A DNA stretch of 63,963 nucleotides from Pyrinomonadaceae bacterium (GTDB taxonomy: Bacteria; Acidobacteriota; Blastocatellia; Pyrinomonadales; Pyrinomonadaceae): positions 1 to 63,963 of the forward strand of contig JBGTLE010000184.1 in assembly GCA_041744295.1 (NCBI GenBank), in the 5' to 3' direction. The notes under the pieces were generated by a model, which was given only the letters and a program-made list of their open reading frames with translations, had not been told where the DNA came from and searched no databases. Positions 56,020 to 63,963 of this stretch are shown one piece after another. A program made the position numbers and the translations under genes. Position 1 is the stretch's first letter. The number at the start of each line of letters is the position of its first letter.

Positions 56020-56739
56020 ATGACTGAGACTCAGAAATTCTTCGCCGACGCTTTCCGTCATCTTGGCGGCAATCGCACCGTGCCCGTGATCGAAGTACGG
56101 TTTTATCCGTATGCGGGTTTGCATCACACAATTAGGGTGCGCTCAGGTCGCGTGTACGTGCGCCTCGCAGACATCTGCAAGGATAGTCCGCCGGATGTGT
56201 TACGAGCACTCGCGTTTGTGTTGGTAGCAAGGCTGCTCGGCAAGCGGATTCCGGATGTGCATGATCGCGTCTATCGCGACTATTCTCTGACACCCGAAAT
56301 CATGCGGGCAGCCGACATCGCCCGAAAACGGCGGGGGCGAAAGATGATCTCTTCTTCGCAGGGTGAAACGTATGAACTCGAGCGGATGTTTGCCAAACTA
56401 AACCGCAAGTTCTTTGATGGCGACCTGCAGAAACCCACACTGACCTGGTCTCAGAGAAAGACCAGAACGATTCTTGGCCACCACGATCGCGTCTATGAGA
56501 CGATTACGATCAGCAAGACGCTTGATTCTCCAGATGTTCCTGAATGGTTCGTGGAATACATTCTCTATCACGAGATGCTGCACATTAAGCATGCCGCGCG
56601 GTTTATCAATGGTCGTCGTTACTATCACACGGCTGCTTTCAGACAGGACGAGCGTCGCTTTCCCCAGTACGAGGAAGCACAGCGATGGCTTGAGCGCGTG
56701 GCCCGCCAACGCCGGATTCCAAGAACGCGCGCCGCGTAA
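56020..56739 (+). CDS. SprT-like / DUF45-type zinc metallopeptidase
   Basis: An HExxH motif sits in YILYHEMLHIKHAARFINGRRYYHTAAFRQDERRFPQYEEAQRWL, the layout of the YgjP/SprT families. Confidence 0.6.
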   Translation: MTETQKFFADAFRHLGGNRTVPVIEVRFYPYAGLHHTIRVRSGRVYVRLADICKDSPPDVLRALAFVLVARLLGKRIPDVHDRVYRDYSLTPEIMRAADIARKRRGRKMISSSQGETYELERMFAKLNRKFFDGDLQKPTLTWSQRKTRTILGHHDRVYETITISKTLDSPDVPEWFVEYILYHEMLHIKHAARFINGRRYYHTAAFRQDERRFPQYEEAQRWLERVARQRRIPRTRAA

Positions 56740-56803
56740 CACCTCTTTGGAACCTTTTAAATCGTTGTGCGTTTAGACAATCGAGGTAGGTGGGCTCCTC
56801 AGG

Positions 56804-56852
56804 AAAGGCGGCTTATCCGGAAAGTTTTATCTTTCGGCGAAGCCGCCTTTTC
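56804..56852 (+). terminator. rho-independent terminator after the SprT-like gene
   Basis: AAAGGCGGCTT (56804-14) pairs with AAGCCGCCTTT (56840-50) and is followed by TC. Additional inner pairing (ccggaaag/ctttcgg) is possible. Confidence 0.6.
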
Positions 56853-57169
56853 GCATAAGTCAGAACAGCAAGCGACAGCGACCTGGTCACGTCGCGGGAA
56901 ATTTCAATAACAAGGTTGGCATTCCCTCCTCTCCCATGACATTACGAATCGTCTTCATAGTAGAGAAGTCGGGAAGATCTGGGTCAGCCAAGCTTGAAGC
57001 TAAACACCGCGGCCAGGTCGCTGCCGCTTACTGTTCCAAAAGCGGAGGGCCGCGGCTGGACAAAGCCGCATTTGGCTCGCTAGACTACGCCGCTTGCGAC
57101 ACCATCTGGATCCCGCTCCTTACTGTCGCAAGTTTCTAATAACCATTTTGATGGAGACTTAACGAGACT

Positions 57170-57733
57170 ATGGCAATTCCGGCAACTCAAATCAGGCGCG
57201 GTATGGTGATTCTTTTCGAAGGCGCGCCCTGCAAGGTCATCGAGTTTCGCCACCACACGCCCGGAAACCTTCGCGCGATGGTGCAAACCAAACTTCGCAA
57301 CATCATGACCGGTTCATCTTTCGAACACCGCTTTCGTTCAGCCGATACGATCGAGCGCGCCAGCCTCGAACAGCACGAGATGGAATATCTGTATTCGGAC
57401 GGTTCGCACCATCACTTCATGAACACTGAGAATTACGAGCAAGTCGCCTTGAATGATGCCGATCTTGGTGATGCCGCTCAGTGGCTGTCCCCCGGATTGA
57501 AACTGCAGGCTGAGTTTTACGACGGCGCGCCCATTGGCATCGATTTACCACCCTCGCTCGAATTGACTGTAACCAGGACGGAACCCACGATGAAAGGTGC
57601 AACCGTCTCGAACGTAAACAAACCGGCCACGCTCGAAAATGGTGTGACGATTACCGTCCCTCCATTCGTGAACGAAGGCGATCGTATCCGCGTGGATCCC
57701 TCGGAAAGCCGCTATCTCGAACGCGCGAAGTAA
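57170..57733 (+). CDS. efp: elongation factor P (non-canonical beta3-beta4 loop)
   Basis: Full-length EF-P architecture: [26 protein letters not shown]...TKLRNIMTG...YLYSDG..HHFMN.ENYEQ...[17 protein letters not shown]. The loop reads [10 protein letters not shown] where E. coli has VKPGKGQAF. Confidence 0.9.
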   Translation: MAIPATQIRRGMVILFEGAPCKVIEFRHHTPGNLRAMVQTKLRNIMTGSSFEHRFRSADTIERASLEQHEMEYLYSDGSHHHFMNTENYEQVALNDADLGDAAQWLSPGLKLQAEFYDGAPIGIDLPPSLELTVTRTEPTMKGATVSNVNKPATLENGVTITVPPFVNEGDRIRVDPSESRYLERAK

Positions 57734-57794
57734 CTGGGCACGCGCTCGTTAGGACAGCATGCGGCTAACAGCCTCGAGTCCGTCCTCCCTGCCT

Positions 57795-59147
57795 ATGTAC
57801 CTTGTCTACAGTCTTCTCCTGACGCTTGTTTTCCTGGTTCTGCTGCCTCGGTTTCTCTTCGACGCTATTCGACATGGCAAGTATGTTGCCGGTTTTAGGC
57901 AACGCATGGGTCGGCTTCCATCGGTTCAATCAACCGGACAACCTGTGATCTGGTTGCACTGTGTATCAGTGGGAGAAACACAGGCCGCGCGGCCGCTCGT
58001 CGAATCGCTCCGAAAGCACTATCCAAATCACTCGCTCGTAGTATCGACCATCACACTCACCGGACAAACACTCGCAAAGGAACTCTTTAAGCAATCGGCG
58101 ACACAAGTGATCTACTTCCCCTTCGATTGGGGGTTCACCGTTCGCCGGGCGTTGAGACAAATCAATCCCTCGCTAGTCCTGTTGATGGAGACGGAACTTT
58201 GGCCAAACTTTTTGCGACGATGCAGCCGGGAAGGGGTCCCAGTCGTCGTGGTCAATGGCCGAATTTCCGAGCGCTCGCTACGTCGCTACCGTCTGGTGAG
58301 ACCGTTTATAGCCAAGGTGCTCTCGTCACTCGACCGAGCGATCATGCAGAGCGAAGGCGATGCCAACAGGATCCGAAAGTTGGGTCTACGCAAGGAAAAC
58401 ACTTTCGTTTCGGGCAGCTTGAAATTCGACGCGGGAGCACTGCCAATTACACAGGGGCTTACACGAGAACTGGCCGAGCAATTTGGTGCGACGGATGGCC
58501 CAATCTTACTAGCTGCCAGCACTCATGCTCCGGAAGAGCGAATCCTGCTTGAAGCACTTCAGCTACTGCGACAGACTTCGACGCCGCTGCTGCGTCTGAT
58601 GATCGCTCCACGCCATCCTGAACGCTTCAACGAAGTTGCGAGCCTAATGAAAAGTTCAGGCTACTCCTGGACACGCCGCACCGGGCGAGTCGATAAACAG
58701 GATCACGATCTGATACTGCTGGATACCATTGGCGAACTTACGGCCGCCTACCCACTCGCCGAGATCGTTTTTGTTGGCGGCAGCATTTCGCACAACGGCG
58801 GTCATAACATCCTTGAGCCGGCAGCCATCGGAGCCTGCATTGTCACGGGTGCGCACACCAACAACTTCCGTTCGATCGTGGATACGTTTGTTGCAGGTCG
58901 GGCAGTCGTACAGCTGCCTCCATTAACTGAGAGTGAAGCCGGAGGAGAATTAGCAGCGGTCATAGCCGCACTGCTGGAAGATCACTCAAAGAGGGCCGCT
59001 CTGGGAAAGGCGGCGATGGCCCTCGTCCGAGAGAACCTGGGCGCTACCGAGAAGACGATTCAACTACTTCTACCTTTCTTGACGGCTGCGGAGACCAGTC
59101 CTAAGCCTGACTTGAGTTACATAAACCAGCAGGTGCATTCAGCATGA
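57795..59147 (+). CDS. waaA: 3-deoxy-D-manno-octulosonic acid transferase
   Basis: The start MYLVYSLLLTLVF gives an N-terminal membrane helix. WLHCVSVGETQAARPLVESL and ...GGSISHNGGHNILEPAA are typical KdtA/WaaA blocks. Confidence 0.9.
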   Translation: MYLVYSLLLTLVFLVLLPRFLFDAIRHGKYVAGFRQRMGRLPSVQSTGQPVIWLHCVSVGETQAARPLVESLRKHYPNHSLVVSTITLTGQTLAKELFKQSATQVIYFPFDWGFTVRRALRQINPSLVLLMETELWPNFLRRCSREGVPVVVVNGRISERSLRRYRLVRPFIAKVLSSLDRAIMQSEGDANRIRKLGLRKENTFVSGSLKFDAGALPITQGLTRELAEQFGATDGPILLAASTHAPEERILLEALQLLRQTSTPLLRLMIAPRHPERFNEVASLMKSSGYSWTRRTGRVDKQDHDLILLDTIGELTAAYPLAEIVFVGGSISHNGGHNILEPAAIGACIVTGAHTNNFRSIVDTFVAGRAVVQLPPLTESEAGGELAAVIAALLEDHSKRAALGKAAMALVRENLGATEKTIQLLLPFLTAAETSPKPDLSYINQQVHSA

Positions 59148-60190
59148 ATTCCGGTTCTATTGTCCTGCCGCCGCTGAGCGCGCTTTATGGCGCCGTCGTA
59201 CGAGCGCGACTCGGTGCATACCGCCGCGGCGTGCTTTCCGCTACCAGACTTACAGTTCCAGTCATCAGCGTGGGAAACATCACGGTGGGCGGTACCGGCA
59301 AAACGCCGCTCGTGGAATTCTTCTGTCGCGCGCTGGCCCGCGAGGGCCGAAAGGTCTGTGTGCTGACGCGAGGCTACAAGCGGGAACAGCCCGAAAACCG
59401 CGTACTCGTGTCGGATGGAAATACTGTTCAGGCGACGGTAACCGAAGCTGGTGACGAAGCTTTCCTACTAGCTCAAACCCTCAAAGGTGTTGCTGCCGTG
59501 ATCAGCGATTCAAAGCGCGCGGCTGCCGGGAATTGGGCCGTGCAGGAACTGGGGTCCGATGTTTTCGTGCTCGATGATGGCTATCAGCATCTGCAGCTTG
59601 CTCGGGACTTGAACCTGCTAATTATCGACGCAAGCGATCCCTGGGGCGGCAACAGGCTTTTGCCTACCGGCAGATTGCGGGAGCCGCTTTCGGGCATATC
59701 ACGAGCGGACTGCATAGTTGTCACTCGGGCCGATAATCCCGACAATACGATTTCCCTTATTGCTCAACTGCGAAAACGCGCGAGCTGTTCAATCTTCACA
59801 TCTCGGATGCGCAAAACTGGCGTGCGGACCCTGGACGCGAACCGGGTTGACGACGCTGTCTTCGGCCAGTCGCTAAGCGCCTTTTGCGGTGTGGGGAATC
59901 CGAAGTCTTTCTACGAGCAGTTGCGCCGCAGCGGTTTCAAACTCAGGTCGACACACTCCTTTCCGGATCATCACAAGTACCAGCAGCGTGACATCGATGA
60001 GATCTGCGCAAAGGCGGTTTCAGAGCGAGTGACTGGCCTGATTACGACGGCGAAGGATGCGGTGAAGTTGCAATCACTCCAATTTGATCTGCCGTGTTAC
60101 GTGTTCGAAATTGAATGCGCGATTGATGAGGAAGCATCGTTACGCGCCCTGATGCGAGAAGCATTGACAGGCTCGGTGAATCGAGAATGA
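59144..60190 (+). CDS. lpxK: tetraacyldisaccharide 4'-kinase
   Basis: The P-loop VISVGNITVGGTGKTP and LTRGY are present. A 4-nt overlap links it to waaA. Confidence 0.9.
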   Translation: MNSGSIVLPPLSALYGAVVRARLGAYRRGVLSATRLTVPVISVGNITVGGTGKTPLVEFFCRALAREGRKVCVLTRGYKREQPENRVLVSDGNTVQATVTEAGDEAFLLAQTLKGVAAVISDSKRAAAGNWAVQELGSDVFVLDDGYQHLQLARDLNLLIIDASDPWGGNRLLPTGRLREPLSGISRADCIVVTRADNPDNTISLIAQLRKRASCSIFTSRMRKTGVRTLDANRVDDAVFGQSLSAFCGVGNPKSFYEQLRRSGFKLRSTHSFPDHHKYQQRDIDEICAKAVSERVTGLITTAKDAVKLQSLQFDLPCYVFEIECAIDEEASLRALMREALTGSVNRE

Positions 60191-60204
60191 AAGGATCGAA
60201 CAGC

Positions 60205-61794
60205 TTATCCCTGGGGCGAGGAAATTGGACTGGGCGGTGTGGGCAGCGGAGTCGATTGGTTTGAGCCGGGCGATGGCGGCTCCGGCTGATTAGCATTTAT
60301 TGAACGCGTCGGAGAAGGTAAAGGGGGAGATCGTCGATTGCTGTTGGCGTTAACGTTTGCATCCGGCGTCGGCTCAACATTCGCATTGACGTTCGCGTTC
60401 AGGTTCGGGTCGGTTTCGTCCAATGGCGTTGGTGAAATAGCAGCGTTTGCATTGGCGTTAGCGTTGGCAGATTCATTGGTTGTGGTGCCCCCGGCCGAGA
60501 TTCCCTCTTCGCCTCTCCCCGTGGCAGCTTCGGCAGGCTGAACCGGTTGACTGTTAGGGTCTGCCACCAACGTTGGTTGAGTGGGTGTTTCCGCAGGTTT
60601 CTCAGAACCTCTTGTGAACGCAAAGACGACGGCGAACACTACGAGCAATCCTGCCATTGAAGGAATCAGAATTTTCCATGGGTTGAAACTGGATGGCGGT
60701 GGCGGCTGCGGGTGGACAACTACACGCACCGGCGGCGAAGGGCGCACTCTTGATCGAACCACCGTTATCTCGTCTGCTTCATCCCCATCAGGTGGCGTCC
60801 TTCCATCGGTTTCCTCAGCCGAACCCTGGTTGTCGGTTTTGGGTGCGACTACATCGGTTCCAGAAGCGATCGTTAGATCCTCGACTAAAGCTCCTGCGGT
60901 TTGATAGCGATTCTCTGGCAGCTTGGCCAGCGCGCGAGAAACGATCAAACCGACTGACTTTGGTAAGTCGTCTCGCTCGTCCAGAACCGACGGCGCCGGC
61001 TCTTGCAGATGCTTCATCATGATTGCCGTGGGCGACGAACCAGTGAAAGGGACATGGCCTACGAGCATTTCATAAAGGATTACTCCGAGAGAGTAGACAT
61101 CAGATCGCGCATCGATATCCCGCGCCTGGGAACACTGTTCCGGCGACATATACTGCGGAGTCCCGATCACCAGATCAGGCGCAGTCAACCCAGGATCGTA
61201 TTCACCCTCAGCCTCCTTAATCTTGGCAATCCCGAAATCCAGCACCTTGGCGTAGTCACCGCTGTTGGCTGTCAGCAACATGATGTTGTCGCTTTTCAGA
61301 TCGCGGTGAACCACACCTTGCTCGTGGGCGGCATCGAGCGCGCCACCCACCTGCTTGAGTATCCCCGCGACGCGTTCCAGCGACATCGGTCCACCTTCGC
61401 GGATCGCCTCTTTTAACGTCCTGCCACTTAGATACTCCATCACCAGAAACACAACACCGTTTTCAGCCTCGCCAAAATCGGTGACGCTGAGGGCATGTGG
61501 ATGAGAGATTTTGGAAGCTGCGCGTGCTTCACGGGAAAAGCGTGCGACGATCTTTTCATCAGCGGCTAGTGAAGTACGCAGTACCTTGATGGCGACAGTC
61601 TTGTCCATCAGCACGTGTGTGCCGCGGTAGACAGTACCCATGCCGCCACTGCTTAGACGCTCATCAATGCGATATTTTCCGGCGAGTGTTTCACCGATCA
61701 GTGAGTCATCAGTTTTTTCGAGAGCGACACCGTCGGCGGGACATAAGGTAGTGGCGTCTGGATACGCGCTTCCGCATTTCGGACAGGTTTTCAT
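60205..61794 (-). CDS. serine/threonine protein kinase with N-terminal zinc ribbon, one TM and a low-complexity exterior tail
   Basis: MKTCPKCGSAY...LCPADG, Hanks kinase motifs (VAIKVL, HRDLKSDN, DFGIAK, SPEQ) and a TM (ILIPSMAGLLVVFAVVFAF). The tail has NANANANA / NANVNANV runs. Confidence 0.9.
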   Translation of the reverse strand: MKTCPKCGSAYPDATTLCPADGVALEKTDDSLIGETLAGKYRIDERLSSGGMGTVYRGTHVLMDKTVAIKVLRTSLAADEKIVARFSREARAASKISHPHALSVTDFGEAENGVVFLVMEYLSGRTLKEAIREGGPMSLERVAGILKQVGGALDAAHEQGVVHRDLKSDNIMLLTANSGDYAKVLDFGIAKIKEAEGEYDPGLTAPDLVIGTPQYMSPEQCSQARDIDARSDVYSLGVILYEMLVGHVPFTGSSPTAIMMKHLQEPAPSVLDERDDLPKSVGLIVSRALAKLPENRYQTAGALVEDLTIASGTDVVAPKTDNQGSAEETDGRTPPDGDEADEITVVRSRVRPSPPVRVVVHPQPPPPSSFNPWKILIPSMAGLLVVFAVVFAFTRGSEKPAETPTQPTLVADPNSQPVQPAEAATGRGEEGISAGGTTTNESANANANANAAISPTPLDETDPNLNANVNANVEPTPDANVNANSNRRSPPLPSPTRSINANQPEPPSPGSNQSTPLPTPPSPISSPQG

Positions 61795-61861
61795 CTGTTA
61801 ATTATTGCCTCGTTTCGGTGTCGTGGGGAGGATGCCAGCCTATCACACCGGTCAGCGAAAG

Positions 61862-61977
61862 GCAGAATACAGAACACAGAATGCAGAATACAGAATACAG
61901 AAATCAGAATAGAGAATAGTGACCTGGCATCCCGGTGACTTCTGACTGCTGACTCCTGAATTCTGCATTCTGTATTC
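61862..61977. repeat. CAGAATA-family inverted simple-repeat arms
   Basis: gcagaatacagaacacagaatgcagaatacagaatacagaaatcagaatagagaatag (61862-61919) faces tcctgaattctgcattctgtattc (61954-61977). It lies between the atpE stop and the kinase start. Confidence 0.85.
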
Positions 61978-62046
61978 CTACCTAAGAAAAAGCGAGCGCG
62001 GCCGAAACCACGCTCGCATTCTTTCATGATGAAACGCCGGTTAGTG

Positions 62047-62364
62047 CTACACCTTGACGAACACAATAACCAGTGCGAACAACACCAGCGATTCGATTAG
62101 CGCCAAGCCCAAAATCATCATCGTCTGGATCTTAGGCGCTGCGCCGGGATTCCGAGCCGCACCTTCGCAAGCCGCCGCACCGATGCGCGACTGCCCCAGT
62201 GCGCCACCGAAAACTGCGATCGCAAACCCCACACCCGCGGCGATTGCTTTGAGTCCGGCATTGTTGTCGACGGCAGCCGGAGCCGTGGTTGCCTGAGCCA
62301 GAGCAGGCATCGCAGCCATGAGCACCGCGACGACCGCAAAGAACAATATGCTGAGTCTTCTCAT
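62047..62364 (-). CDS. atpE: F0F1 ATP synthase subunit c with N-terminal signal-like extension
   Basis: The c-subunit hairpin is present: [67 protein letters not shown]. It is preceded by [24 protein letters not shown]. Confidence 0.9.
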   Translation of the reverse strand: MRRLSILFFAVVAVLMAAMPALAQATTAPAAVDNNAGLKAIAAGVGFAIAVFGGALGQSRIGAAACEGAARNPGAAPKIQTMMILGLALIESLVLFALVIVFVKV

Positions 62365-62654
62365 CTCTATCAGTCTCCTCCTGAAACCTGTGGTTCAGAA
62401 ATAAAGTCGTGCAGTTCTCAAGCAGTTACGTCAGTTCTGGGTCTTTATAATTTCGCCTGCATCCGGTATCCACCGCCCCTCGAACAACGGCGCTCCAGCG
62501 AGACAGACATTTTGCTTCCGATAAGCTAAGGCATGATCACCCGGACCTGGCGCTTCTAGCTGCTGAAATGCACTTTTGCCAATTATCCTGCGCGTCAACG
62601 TGCGCGGGCGCATTGCCCTTCGCCGCTCGAGCGCGCGGTTTTATGACGCCGAAA

Positions 62655-63590
62655 TTAAGCCGCTGCTGTCGCCAGCACTTCGGCGGCAGATCCATGATCG
62701 TTGGCCGCTGAATGCTCGTCATGCTCCTCATGCGGCGCATGGGAAACTTCACTTAGATAAAGTTGCGATAACAAAATGAACACAAACGTCTGGATGAAAG
62801 AAACGAATACTCCCAGCGGCATCAGGAAAATCGGAAGGACCCAGTGCGTATATTTCGGATATAGACCGGCGACCGTAGTGACCACTTGTTCGTCAGCAAA
62901 CATATTGCCGAACAGACGTATGCCGAGCGCAAATGGACGAATGAGGTTACTGATCAGTTCAATCGGAAATATCAGCCAGGCGATCCACAGAACCGGGCCA
63001 AGCCAGTGCTTCAAATGTCCGAGCAGCCCGTTCTCCTTGATGCCTATGTAGTTGTAATAAACAAACGAAGTAAGTCCGAGCGCGAACGTCACACTCACGG
63101 CCGCGGTCGGCGACATGAACAACGGGAACATTCCCATCAGGTTTGAAACCAGAATCAGGACCGCGAAGGTCATCACCACCGGGAAATACTGCAAGCCATG
63201 CGGCCCTATGATGTCGGCGAGCATGTCGCGCACCGCCAGTACTCCAACTTCGAGTGTCTGCTGTCCGTGACCTGGCTCTTCCGTCGACAGTCTGCCCTTC
63301 AGGATCCAGATAATCGCCACGCTTAGAATGCACGCGATCACAAACATCACCGTGTACCACGGAATCGCGTTCTCCGGGGTGTAAGGTCCAAAGACAGCTT
63401 CGGGCGTGGTCTGAAAATACGCGAAGAAGGACTTCCAGACCGGGTAGGTGTACTTCATTTCGAAGTCGTAAGCCCACTGGCCGAAGTATTTGTTGACCAA
63501 CTCTACGATGATGGGTGTGTGATGGGCTGAGTGTTCCTGCGCCGGAGCAGCGTGCTCGGCGGTTTTACCCGCAGTTTCCAACCAGTACAT
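62655..63590 (-). CDS. atpB: F0F1 ATP synthase subunit a
   Basis: The conserved Arg helix LISNLIRPFALGIRLFGNMFAD is present, in a multi-TM protein of 311 aa. Confidence 0.9.
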   Translation of the reverse strand: MYWLETAGKTAEHAAPAQEHSAHHTPIIVELVNKYFGQWAYDFEMKYTYPVWKSFFAYFQTTPEAVFGPYTPENAIPWYTVMFVIACILSVAIIWILKGRLSTEEPGHGQQTLEVGVLAVRDMLADIIGPHGLQYFPVVMTFAVLILVSNLMGMFPLFMSPTAAVSVTFALGLTSFVYYNYIGIKENGLLGHLKHWLGPVLWIAWLIFPIELISNLIRPFALGIRLFGNMFADEQVVTTVAGLYPKYTHWVLPIFLMPLGVFVSFIQTFVFILLSQLYLSEVSHAPHEEHDEHSAANDHGSAAEVLATAAA

Positions 63591-63943
63591 TAACCAATTT
63601 CCTCTCGATGAACGATTGCGAAATAGAACTCTCTGATAGCCTCAACAAAAAGAGCAACTACGAAACTGCAAAGTCCTGCGATCGTGGCCGGCAAAGAAAC
63701 CAACTGCAATGAGTACGCTAAGTAAACAGCCAGGCCAACCACGAAATATCTCATCACATATTTTGCCAGGTTGATTTCCGGCTTACTTCCCGGGGCAGCC
63801 GAATCGAACGCCGCGGCGATAGAACTCACCATCCAACGATAGCTGAGCAACGATAAGAGTCCGCCGAGCAGCAGCCCAAAGCCAACTCGCCACGGAGCGA
63901 CAACGGCCGCGACCATTACCGATAGTGCCACCGCGATCGCCAT
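63590..63943 (-). CDS. atpI: ATP synthase subunit I (AtpI-like) small membrane protein
   Basis: 117 aa with 3-4 TM helices. It sits immediately upstream of atpB with a 1-nt overlap, which is the typical operon position. Confidence 0.6.
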   Translation of the reverse strand: MAIAVALSVMVAAVVAPWRVGFGLLLGGLLSLLSYRWMVSSIAAAFDSAAPGSKPEINLAKYVMRYFVVGLAVYLAYSLQLVSLPATIAGLCSFVVALFVEAIREFYFAIVHREEIG

Positions 63944-63963
63944 GCTGCGCTGAACCCGAGCGT

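Overview
This ~64 kb window looks like a chromosomal segment of a moderately GC-rich Gram-negative bacterium, since the LPS genes kdtA and lpxK are present. The gene content and repeat style resemble Acidobacteriota, but that is inference only; I could run no searches. I call about 58 protein genes, one tRNA-Pro(GGG), and no rRNA, CRISPR array, transposase or integrase. Most genes are housekeeping: sucC (fragment), thiL, cysS, ackA, nnr, tsaE, tsaD, recG, rsmD, hrcA-grpE-dnaK-dnaJ, efp, kdtA-lpxK and atpI-atpB-atpE. Two things stand out. (1) At 28.3-39.8 kb there are two tandem operons of type IV pilin-like proteins with class III signal peptides, arranged in GspH-I-J-K / FimU-PilV-W-X order. 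Each operon is preceded by a near-consensus sigma-54 (-24/-12) promoter, and the pair is followed by an orphan NtrC-family sigma-54 activator. Module 1 ends in a 983-aa PilX_N-type protein. Module 2 starts with a pilin that carries a ~70-residue Thr-Pro stalk plus a small C-terminal domain. No major pilin, ATPase, platform protein or secretin is in the window. (2) About 15 intergenic spacers hold hairpins whose inverted arms are degenerate tandem arrays of ~7-nt units, in several recurring unit families. They are often nested around other palindromes. One pair encloses a truncated four-helix-bundle (23S rRNA IVS protein family) gene and has rewritten the 3' end of a GH47 mannosidase gene. Smaller points are a TPR/Fis-HTH regulator divergent from a 50-aa secreted peptide with a sorting-signal-like tail, an EF-P with a non-canonical modification loop, a bacilliredoxin, and an F0 c-subunit with a signal-peptide-like extension. 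All functional calls rest on motifs read by eye from the supplied translations. Start codons are often uncertain.
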